Virus record (IMG/VR): IMGVR_UViG_3300044629_000131
Coordinates: 1-64,000 of that record
From: a virus
DNA length: 64,000 nt
Strand: one strand, 5' to 3'
The position numbers and the translations under genes are program-made. The notes beneath the pieces were generated by a model. That model worked only from the letters and a program-made list of their open reading frames with translations. It was not told the origin of the DNA and searched no databases. Below, piece by piece: positions 9,842 to 20,100 of the stretch; the first letter of the stretch is position 1, and every line of letters starts with the position of its first letter.

Positions 9842-12800
9842 ATCGGTTGCTAAAACAGATACTTTTGAGAGTCAAAGATTAACTATCAATTTAATAGGTC
9901 AAGATTTATTCTCACTATCTTCTGGTACATCAGCGCAAGAATTTGCAAGACTACTGGTATCAGACGGAACCGAAGTATTGCCATCGTATTCATTCTCCGA
10001 TGAATCTAACCTTGGATTATACAGAAGTGATATCGCATCAATTTCTGTTACGGCATCTGATTCAAATGTATTTAAGTTTTCATCAAATGGTAATGTTTCT
10101 TATAGAGACTTAAAATTTACAAAATATTATATTCAAAATGCTGATATCAGCATTACAGATCCTGGTTCTGGATATGATGTTGGTACTTATACAGATATTC
10201 AATTAATTGGAGGATCTGGAACAGGAGCAGTTGCTGATATTATTGTATCTCCAATCGTAGGATCTATAACAAATTCTGGTTCTGGATATACCGAAGGAAA
10301 TTATGGAAATCCATTTAAATTTAGGACAATATCTGGTTCTGGTTCTGGAGCAAGAGGAACGATTGTTGTTTCAAGCACTGGCAATATCAGTTCTTTTGTT
10401 ATAACAGATTATGGAACAGGATTTGTATCTGGTAATACTATAGGATTATATCAACCCCTATCTGGTGTTTCTACAACTTTAAGCACATCAAGTACACAAA
10501 TAACTGTTCCCAGCACGACAACAATTGTTACTGGATCCACGGTAACTGTTACATCTGGAACTGGAACATTAGCCGCACAAACTACTGTTAGTAGTATCAT
10601 TGATAATACTACTATCGAATTATCTACAGCGCCAACAGCAGATGGAAGTGCTATTCTTATATTCACTCCATTGTATGGAAATGGTAGCAATTTTGTATAC
10701 ACTATTTCCGAAATTGATTCTGTAGAATCTATTGATGTTATTGGTGGTGGTAGTGGGTATAAACTTGGTGATATTGTTACAGTAAATCCAGGAGATTTGT
10801 CCGTTCCAACGGAGTATGATGTTGATATAGTCACTCTACAATCTATAACATTTAGTGGAACGATAACATCTGGAACTTTTGTAGTTGGTGGCACTATAGA
10901 GTTATCATCAGGTGGATCCCCTTATGAAATTTATGAAGTTAATACATCTGGTGGAAATATTACTTCTATAGTAGTCGCAAATGGTGGATTTCAAGCATCC
11001 GATGTCATTATTAAAACTGGAATTGTTTCTCCAACGTATACAATTGCCACTGCTACAAATACCGATAGATATAGAATAGATGATGTTGTAACTCCAGATA
11101 TCACACTTTATGTTGGATCAAAGTATATATTTAATTACCCATCTGGACATCCATTCTCACTATCAACAACCAATAATGGTATTCACAATGGTGGAACTGA
11201 ATACACAAATGGAGTTACTAGAGACGAAATCGCAAATACTCTTACAGTAATACCAAATATATCATATCCCACTACCATATATTATTACTGTACAAATCAT
11301 TCTGGAGAAGCTGGATCTGGCAACTTTACAATTAGTTCAAGTAATCCCAATCCCCCAGGAAGTGGATTACAAATAACTTTATCTACTATATCTATAGATG
11401 ACACTGTAGATATTGATATTGTTGATGGAGATATCAGTTCAAATTCGGCAACAATTCAGAATCTCACATCATCTACTGGTAATATAACAGCACTAACATC
11501 AACTAATGGATCTATAGTTAGTTTATCTTCAACGACTATTTCTGGACAAGGTAGTGGTCTGACATTATCTTCTAGCGGTACTACAAATATTACTATAAAT
11601 CCTGGCGCCAATTTAAACATTGGATCTGCTCTATCAATTGAAAAAAGTTCTGGTAACATCACAACTTCTGGTGTCATTAAAAGCACAGGGTCCTTCAATT
11701 CATCAGATGTCTTAACAATCCAAACTAATAATATTTCTTCAACTGGAGACAATAATATCGTTTTGTCTCCAGCAACTGGAAAAAATGTAAAAGTTTCTGC
11801 TACTACTTCTTTAGTTGTTCCTGTTGGAAATACTTTACAGAGACCATCTGGGGCAAATGCTGAGAGTGGATCAATACGATTTAATACAGAAACACAACAA
11901 TATGAAGGATATAATGCTTCTGTGGCAGCATGGTCATCTCTGGGAGGAGTAAGAGATGTAGATGGAAACACATATATTATTGCTGAAGAATTTACTGGAG
12001 CAAATGATAATAATATATGGTTTTATAATGGAGGTATAAACACACTAAGAGTCACTCAAAATTCTTTAGATCTTATAGATGCGAGAACAATAAAGTCATA
12101 TGATTATTCTGGATCTGAACATTGGGCGCCATTTAAATATTTTTCTCTTGGAGACTTCGTATCTTATAATGATAATATTTACGAAGTTACATCTGCTGGT
12201 CTAACCGATTCAGATCCACCTGTTCATATCACTGGATCTGTAATTGCTAATGGTGGAAATCCACCTATCGTAGGAGCAATTGCTACGTATACCGTTTCAA
12301 CCCCCTCTGGAAATAATTCCACTGGAAATTATACGTATGTAGATCCATATGGCGGAGCAACATTTTTCATAGTTTTCTCATCTGGCAGTTTAATAAGTAT
12401 TGATATAACTTCACAAGGAACTGGTGGATATTCTATTACTGGTGGTGGAGTTAGTAATATCATCACTATTCCTGGAACATCTATTGGAGGAGAAACACCA
12501 TTAGATAATTTAACAGTAACAGTTACTGGACTTGCTGGAGCTATTGAACTTACATTTGATAGACTAGCATTTGGAGAAGTTATTTTTGATAGTGTAACGG
12601 ATGTATCTATAAAAAATGCTCCATTATTTGTACAAGATACTACTACTTCAGCACAATTAGAAATTTCATCTGAAGGTATTGAGTCTAATGGAACTTTAAC
12701 TCTGACAGCGCCAGCAGGTTCCAATGTTGTTATTGATGCCGTATCTTCCCTTGCTATCCCATCTGGAACTGAAGCTCAAAGAGGAACTCCAATTCCAGGA

Positions 12801-13631
12801 TCTATAAGATATAACACAACTTCAAATCAATACGAAGGTTATAATTCTTCGTCTTCAAATTGGTCATCTCTCGGTGGAGTGAGGGATGTAGATGGCAATA
12901 CTTATATTGTTCCAGAGTTATCATCTGGTAGCAATGAAAATATTTTATATTTTTATAATGACGGGGCAAACACATTACAAGTAAAAAAAACTGATCTGAG
13001 ATTTGAAGAAATTGATACAATAACTTCAGCAAATGAATCTTTAGATTTTAATGTCAATACTGTTAGTTTCAATACTACAGATTTTTCGATTGATAATAGC
13101 AATTTATCTACTTCTTTACTATCTTCATCAAAAACAAATCTTGATTTGGGAATGAGTGTGGGATTAACAGTAGATACTGTTATTAGATTTACTTCAAGTG
13201 GAGAAATTTATTTGAATAAATCTTTCGGAACTGGAATATTTAATGGCATTAAGTTTTTAGATAACGCATTAAAAACTTTTGAACTTGATGATGTTCAAAT
13301 CAAAACATTTGAGATAGTATTACAAAAAGGAGTTACAAACTCTGGATCTACATCTATTTACGATCCAAATATCATAAGTAGTTCAAAAATAACAGTAAGT
13401 GCTGTAGATATAGTTACTGACGATGTTCAAACAGAAGAATATAATGTTATAGTCAAGTCTGGTGACATATATAACGTTGAGTATGGATCAAATAAAACAT
13501 CAACGTTATATTCTGCTTCTTTTGATATATCTCCAGCTGGCAATTTGAGAATTAATATTACTCTCTCTAATAGCGTTCCTGTAAATAATGAAGTTGTTAT
13601 TACTATAATTAGTACAAACGTTAAGAAATAA
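9828..13631 (+). CDS. Virion structural / short tail-fibre-like protein, 1267 aa
   Basis: S/T/G-rich beta protein with GSGY modules, a duplicated GSIR(F/Y)N..YEGY..WSSLGGVRDVDGNTYI block, a cupredoxin-like HPF...YYYCTNH motif and a CBM5/12-like W...Y segment. Confidence 0.8.
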   Translation: MAVLRSVAKTDTFESQRLTINLIGQDLFSLSSGTSAQEFARLLVSDGTEVLPSYSFSDESNLGLYRSDIASISVTASDSNVFKFSSNGNVSYRDLKFTKYYIQNADISITDPGSGYDVGTYTDIQLIGGSGTGAVADIIVSPIVGSITNSGSGYTEGNYGNPFKFRTISGSGSGARGTIVVSSTGNISSFVITDYGTGFVSGNTIGLYQPLSGVSTTLSTSSTQITVPSTTTIVTGSTVTVTSGTGTLAAQTTVSSIIDNTTIELSTAPTADGSAILIFTPLYGNGSNFVYTISEIDSVESIDVIGGGSGYKLGDIVTVNPGDLSVPTEYDVDIVTLQSITFSGTITSGTFVVGGTIELSSGGSPYEIYEVNTSGGNITSIVVANGGFQASDVIIKTGIVSPTYTIATATNTDRYRIDDVVTPDITLYVGSKYIFNYPSGHPFSLSTTNNGIHNGGTEYTNGVTRDEIANTLTVIPNISYPTTIYYYCTNHSGEAGSGNFTISSSNPNPPGSGLQITLSTISIDDTVDIDIVDGDISSNSATIQNLTSSTGNITALTSTNGSIVSLSSTTISGQGSGLTLSSSGTTNITINPGANLNIGSALSIEKSSGNITTSGVIKSTGSFNSSDVLTIQTNNISSTGDNNIVLSPATGKNVKVSATTSLVVPVGNTLQRPSGANAESGSIRFNTETQQYEGYNASVAAWSSLGGVRDVDGNTYIIAEEFTGANDNNIWFYNGGINTLRVTQNSLDLIDARTIKSYDYSGSEHWAPFKYFSLGDFVSYNDNIYEVTSAGLTDSDPPVHITGSVIANGGNPPIVGAIATYTVSTPSGNNSTGNYTYVDPYGGATFFIVFSSGSLISIDITSQGTGGYSITGGGVSNIITIPGTSIGGETPLDNLTVTVTGLAGAIELTFDRLAFGEVIFDSVTDVSIKNAPLFVQDTTTSAQLEISSEGIESNGTLTLTAPAGSNVVIDAVSSLAIPSGTEAQRGTPIPGSIRYNTTSNQYEGYNSSSSNWSSLGGVRDVDGNTYIVPELSSGSNENILYFYNDGANTLQVKKTDLRFEEIDTITSANESLDFNVNTVSFNTTDFSIDNSNLSTSLLSSSKTNLDLGMSVGLTVDTVIRFTSSGEIYLNKSFGTGIFNGIKFLDNALKTFELDDVQIKTFEIVLQKGVTNSGSTSIYDPNIISSSKITVSAVDIVTDDVQTEEYNVIVKSGDIYNVEYGSNKTSTLYSASFDISPAGNLRINITLSNSVPVNNEVVITIISTNVKK
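11800..12985 (+). repeat. Two copies of an ~85-aa fibre block in the 1267-aa protein (about 11800-12060 and 12740-12985)
   Basis: SLVVPVGNTLQRP..GSIRFNTETQQYEGY..WSSLGGVRDVDGNTYII..FYNGG versus SLAIPSGTEAQRG..GSIRYNTTSNQYEGY..WSSLGGVRDVDGNTYIV..FYNDG. Confidence 0.85.
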
Positions 13632-13634
13632 AAA

Positions 13635-14138
13635 ATGGCATTAATTAATAACCCATTAGATTCTTCTTTTGGATTTTCAGTAAATGATGTTAATGTTTTA
13701 AATTCCACAAGGGATTTGCAGAATATTAACTCCGTATCTATTCAAAACTCAAACTTCTCTGATATAGTAAAGAAAGACTATATTTTGAGAGGTATTGACA
13801 GTGGTTTTTTAACCTTGGATGGATTAACTATTCTCTCTCTTCCTTCAAACAGTATTAATTTTGTTGATTCCAAAATTATTGGAATAAACACTGATGGATC
13901 TGGATACTACTCTGTTAAATTCGAATCAACCATTACTGTTAGTTCTGTTGGAGATGTAATTGGAAGATCTCTAATAAAAAGTATTATATCTGATCAGGTT
14001 CCTTCTGGACAATCTTGGCAGGTTAGTGAATATGATGCTGGAATATCCAATCAATATAGTTTTTCAACGTCTAGAAGTGGAACACCAGATAGTGTAAAAT
14101 GGACTGGTTACATCCAAGTTATTAGTACATCTTTGTGA
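13635..14138 (+). CDS. Putative virion structural protein, 167 aa
   Basis: Follows the previous ORF by 3 nt. S/D-rich beta composition resembling that ORF's C-terminal domain. Confidence 0.7.
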   Translation: MALINNPLDSSFGFSVNDVNVLNSTRDLQNINSVSIQNSNFSDIVKKDYILRGIDSGFLTLDGLTILSLPSNSINFVDSKIIGINTDGSGYYSVKFESTITVSSVGDVIGRSLIKSIISDQVPSGQSWQVSEYDAGISNQYSFSTSRSGTPDSVKWTGYIQVISTSL

Positions 14139-14148
14139 ATATTGTTGA

Positions 14149-14155
14149 ATAAATA
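14149..14155 (+). promoter_or_regulatory. Late promoter ATAAATA
   Basis: Intergenic, about 38 nt upstream of ATG 14193. Confidence 0.65.
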
Positions 14156-14192
14156 AACCAGGGATTAATAATATCTTGGAGTTTCCAGTAAG

Positions 14193-17100
14193 ATGAGTCT
14201 AGAATTTAATGCTGATAGGCAGGAAGTAAGAGCTTCTAATCTTAAAATTTCTAGTTCGGATGATTTAACATTCCGTTCTGGAAATGGAAATGACGAAAAA
14301 GAAGTTTTACGTGTATTGATTGATCCTGTAAGTAAGCTTCCTCGTATTGGTGTTAATAGAACAGGAAGAAGATTACAAAGCATTACAGTTTTAACAGCTG
14401 GAAGTGGATACACAATTGCCCCAAGTGTTCTTATTTCCCCACCAGATGATCTTGTCAATGGAATACAAGCAACTGCTACCGCACTAATTCTTGGTGGTTC
14501 GTTATTAGGAATCTCAATCAACAATGTTGGATTTGGATATTCTTCCCCACCTACGATCACAGTATCTGGAGGTGGAGGATCTGGAGCTACCGCAGAAGCA
14601 ATACTAGACACAGTAGATTATGAGTTAGATGTTAATGGCGCTATCAGAACATCAACTTCCATCATTTCTGACACTGCAAGAATTTTAAACCTCGACATTG
14701 AAAATTTTGTTACTCCAGATATTAATTTCAGAGCACCAGACTTAAAAATATACGCGAATAATGCTGGTAGTATTTGGGAACCAAATACAACTTATCAAAT
14801 TAATACAATATTATATTTTGGCGATAATTTATATCGCGTAGAAAATAATGGAATATCTGGAACCAGTGCTCCTTTATTCAAAGATGGTTCTGCCCAAAAT
14901 GGACAGATTTTATTGAAGCATGTTGGATTTAGAGTAAATGATGATGAAAAACCATTTTATGAACAGACAATTTATCCTAGATCAGTAACACCACCTCTTG
15001 GCGATAAATCTGATAAAATTGCTACAACAGAATATGTTTTAAATCTTGCAACAAATGATGTTGGTGGTCGCGTCTATGTTTCACAAGAAATTGGAAATGA
15101 TGCTAACAATGGTAGATCGGCTGCTGCGCCAGTAAGAACAATTAAGAGAGCATGTCAAATTGCTTCCGCAAGTATTGGAGTTAAAGAAACTGTCATTATT
15201 TCTGGCGGAGATTATGTAGAAGATAACCCAATTTCAATTCCACCAGATTGTTCTATTGTTGGTGATAACCTACGTCTTGTAATTATTAGACCAGGAAATC
15301 CTCGCAAACATATGTTTAAGTTTGCGGATAAAAACTATATCACTGGAATTGTTTTCAGAGATCAATTAGATGCCGAACAAAAACCAGTATCCACATGGGA
15401 TTTTGCTGTAGCATTTGATGATAAACAAAGATTGTATTATGACCCAAGTGTTGGTGGTGATTTCTTAAGAAATTTTCCAATTGGACATCAGATATTTGGA
15501 AAATTAAAATTTAGAGTATTTTTCCAAGATCATACTGGTATTCAAGTTACTGGCGGAAACCCAACTGGTTCTTTCTTTACAATTGGCGCTCAAGTTATTG
15601 GTGTCAACACTGGAGCAACTGGTATCGTTACGGCTATTACTTACGATGAGACTAGTGGTAATGATGCTTACGAATCTGGAACTTTTGATGTTGAAGTTAC
15701 AGGTGGTTCTTTTGCTATTGGTGAAACTTTTGAATATGATGTTGGCACTCCGCCAAGTGCTATTACGTATTCAATGGTATCAAATGATATTGTTTCAATT
15801 CGTGCCGAGGGTGAAGTTGTCTATCATGGAACGCAAGCATCATCCCCATTGAATATCACTAGAATAGATGGTTCTTTACAAGGAACTTTTACTGGTGGAT
15901 TTGGTGGCGATGATGATTTGGGTGGTTTGGTCTTTTATACAAACCCATTAATAGGTGCTCAAAACATTCACGATTTTAAAGAGGGTCAAGAAATTGTAAT
16001 TTCTGGATTGACTGGTAATCTATCTGTCTGTAATGGAATACAAAGGATCTATAAAGTAATTGAAGATGCTGACGGTAGATCTAGAAGATTTGTAATTCCA
16101 AAGAAACTACCTTCTTTTACAGATAGCAACTATATTCCACCAGGAAGTGTCACTGTAGTATCAAGATCATATTATATTCTTGTATCATTATTAAACTCAC
16201 CAAATAAATTTGAAAGCACTGCTTTTGTAGGAAGAAGATGGCAAGATGCTACCAATTTAATTAGAAATAGTATTGAATTTATTAAGGATGAAACTTATTT
16301 AAAAGTTACCGACGAATTTAATGGCATTAATTATACCACATTTACTCAACCAAATCCAGATAAATGTCGTAGAGATATTGGACATTTTGTAAATGCCATC
16401 TGTAATGACTTACAATTCGGAAGTAACTTCAATGTAATTGAGGCAGCGAAGAGATACGTTGCTGGAACTCAAATTGGGTATATTGGCAATGAAATTACAG
16501 AGACAGTTAGAGCTTTTGAAATAGCAAAAGACTTATGTAAACTTGCTGTTAGAAATTGGCATACTGGAAATGGAGCATATTCACAACCTCTTTATACAGC
16601 AGAATATTCCCAACTTTCATATTATGTAGATTCAACAGTAATTGAAGACACTACACCACCAACGTGTGATGATGTTGTATCAGCTGTTGACACTCTTGGT
16701 TACTTGTTTGTTGACGTTATAACAAATAACGCAGCTAATAGATATCTTGATGCTTGCGAATTAATTGCCAGAAATGAAGAGGTAATTATTGAGGAAGTTA
16801 TTGGTGAAGTATCTACCGCATATCCAGATTTTTATTATCCAGATACAAGTCCAGATGGATACAGATTTAAAGATTCCAGAAATTTAATTTATTCTAACTT
16901 AGAAGAAATTAAGGATAGAGCAATTGCTAAAATTGCTGTCTCCCATCCAGATTTCTATTTCCCTGGAGATACACAAACTACTCAATACAGCAGATTTTAT
17001 GATGCTTATAGATTGATTCAGCAAAATATTAAAGAAATTAAAGATAGAGCACTTGCTGAAATTTCCGTTCAATATACAGAAGCTGGATGGGGCACAGATT

Positions 17101-20100
17101 GGATTATTCCAGGTGATACTATTTCCCAGGCTCGCGCTAGATTTTATGACGCATACCGCTTAATTCAAAAAAATAGAAATATTCTTGTTGAAACCGCATA
17201 TGCTACTGTAGTATCTTCACCACCAGTACCTGCTCCAGCAGATTTACTAGCAAAATGTAAGAGAGATATTGGATATTTTATTGATGCGGTATCACTAGAC
17301 GTATTTTTGGGTGGGAACGAATATTCCAGAAAGTTTATTCAGCAATATTATAATAATGGTACTCCAATTTCAAATGGTTTAGTTGGAGAAGAAACACAAT
17401 CGGTAACTGCATTTAATAAGGCAAGAGATGCCATGGCAGCAGCAGTTACCAATACTCTTGGTAGTTTTAGTGGCGTAGTAACTTCCAGTCCTGCTGGTGG
17501 AACATGGGTTGACGGATCAACAGGAACAAAAACTGTTTATACGGATTTAACAATTTCGTCTGGACCAGCAACTAATGGTGGAGGCGGTGGGAACATTGCC
17601 AATAATAATAGTAGCGCATGTGCTGATGTTAGAAGTGCTATTACAACCCTTTCTGGAATTATTACAGATAGAATTACTGCTGGAAATTTGAGTGGATTGC
17701 CATCAGAAACTCTAGGAAGTCTTTATTCTGGTTCTTCTAAGTGTTGGAGAGATATTGGGTATTTTGTTGATGCGATTTCTCTGGATCTTTTTGTATCATC
17801 AAACAAATATTCAAGACAATTCATTCTTCAGTATTTTGATAATGGTACTCCAATTTCAAATGGTTTAGTTGGAGAAACAGCGCAATCTGTTGTTGCGTTT
17901 AATATGGCTCGTGACATGATGAAAAAAGCAGTCACTAACCAATTATACGTAAAAGATCTTACAATATCAGATGGTCCAGCAACATATGGTGGCGGAGGTG
18001 GAGATATTCCAGTTTTACAATCTGGAAATGCTGCTGCTTGCGCTGACGTACAAAGTGCTATCACCACTCTTTCTGGCATTATTACTGATCGTATTAGTGC
18101 TGGAAATTTAACGGGGCTACCATCAGAAACTGCCCCAGTCTATCAAACTGGACAAGCAAAGTGTCGTAGAGACGTTGGATATGTTATCAAGGCAGTTGCT
18201 AATGATCTTTACAATGGTGGAAACTCAAATATTATTCTAGCAACAAAATATTATTTCGATTCATCTGGAACTCCAATTTCAAATGGTTTAGTTGGAGAAA
18301 CAGCTGAGAGTGTTACTGCTTTCACAGCAGCAAGAGATGCGATGAAGTTGGCAGTTTCTAATCAACTATATGTGAAAGATTTGACACTTACTGTTGATCC
18401 AGTTACTGGATCAAACACAAATATTAATTCATGTGCTAATGTTCATTCAGCAATAGATACTTTAGTTGGAATTATAAATTATGCCGTTTCAAATTCAACT
18501 TTAAGTAATTTACCAGCAGTTAACACTGGAATTTACTTAACTGGTGAGAATGTATGTAAGAGAGATATTGGATACATTCTTTCAGCACTAAGAAGAGATA
18601 TAACCCTGGGAGGAAATGCTGGCATAGTTTCTGCTGGAGAAGCATATTTTAGTGGAGCGGTCTTAACTGGAATTTCTCAAGCAGAATTACCAGTTACAAG
18701 ATTTGCGTTTGAAAAAGTTAGAGACCTTGCTATTCTTGCCGCAAGAAATTGGCGTACTGGAAATGGCGCGTACTCACAACCATTATATGAACCAAAATAT
18801 TCTATCATTCCTTTATATACTGACAGCACAGTAACAGAAGATACAACACCTCCAACATGCGATAACGTTGTTTCTTCTATAACATCATCATTCGCAACAC
18901 TTGATGATATTTTAGACGGTGGAACAATTCCATCAAAAACATATGGAACTCTTTACAATACAGATAGTATTATCAATATTCCAGATAATACTGTTTATGA
19001 CGCAGATAATCTTTACACGAACTTACTAACTGTATATGACGATCTGCCAATTATTGAGGCTTCTCCATATATTCAAAACGCATCAGTAATTTCTTTCCTT
19101 GGTGGTGGTGGTGCTGAAATTGATGGTAAGAAGGTTAAACAACCAAACTGCCCTTTCCCTGGACTGGAACCAGATGGCAATGCATCATATCCAAATCAAG
19201 GAAAATCAATGGTTGCTGCTCAGTTTACCATCATTACGTTCAACGGAACTGGATATCTTATTAAGAATGACGGTTATACTCAGCTAGTTTCTGTTTTCGT
19301 TCTGTTTGCTAGAGATGGTGTACTTGCTGATACTGGAGGTTATGCTTCAATCACAAACTCAGCAACAAACTTTGGTATCTATGCTCTAAGAGCTATCGGA
19401 TATAGAGAAGAACCATATGTATTTGATATTGGAACTATTGTAAGTACAAATATAACTCCAAATGGAAGTACTATTTTAAGAATTGGCGGATTGGGAAGAG
19501 AACCACTTGAGCACTACATTGTAAAATTTGCTGACTATGAAAATCAAGATCCAGATATTGAATATTATATTGATGGTGTAAGCAATGTTTCAGTTGGTCC
19601 TCCATTTACAGCTTCGTGTGCGTTAAATGCTCCGATTTTAATCAAGAGAAAATCAAATGGCACAAACGTTGCGGTAGTAGATGATGCGGAAATGGTTGGT
19701 AAGGAAGTAAGATTACATAGACCATCTATTGTTAACTCATCATCACATACTTGGGAATTTGCTGGTTCTGGTACAGACTATAATGCACTTCCAGAAAATG
19801 GAGGAACAAAGATAGACGCTTACGAGCAAGTATCAGAGGCATATGGAAGAGTTTACACTTCTGGTACTGATGAACTTGGAGACTTTAAAGTAGGTTCTTT
19901 TGCCAAGATTGAAAACAGAACTGGTAATATCACATTTACTGGAACTGTTAGTATCTCCGAAGTTGAATTCCTCAAGTTAAAAGGTGGAGATGTTGTCGTT
20001 ACTGGATTTTCTGCTGCTAATAATCTTGGCGGTGCTTTTGCTAGCGATTCTCTGATTGCTACCCAAAAAGCAATTAGAGATTATATTGGTAATAATCTTG

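Noticed and set aside
17361-18299. 30-bp repeats as a CRISPR array
   Set aside because: They are in-frame coding repeats 420-490 bp apart with homologous intervening sequence, and there are no cas genes.
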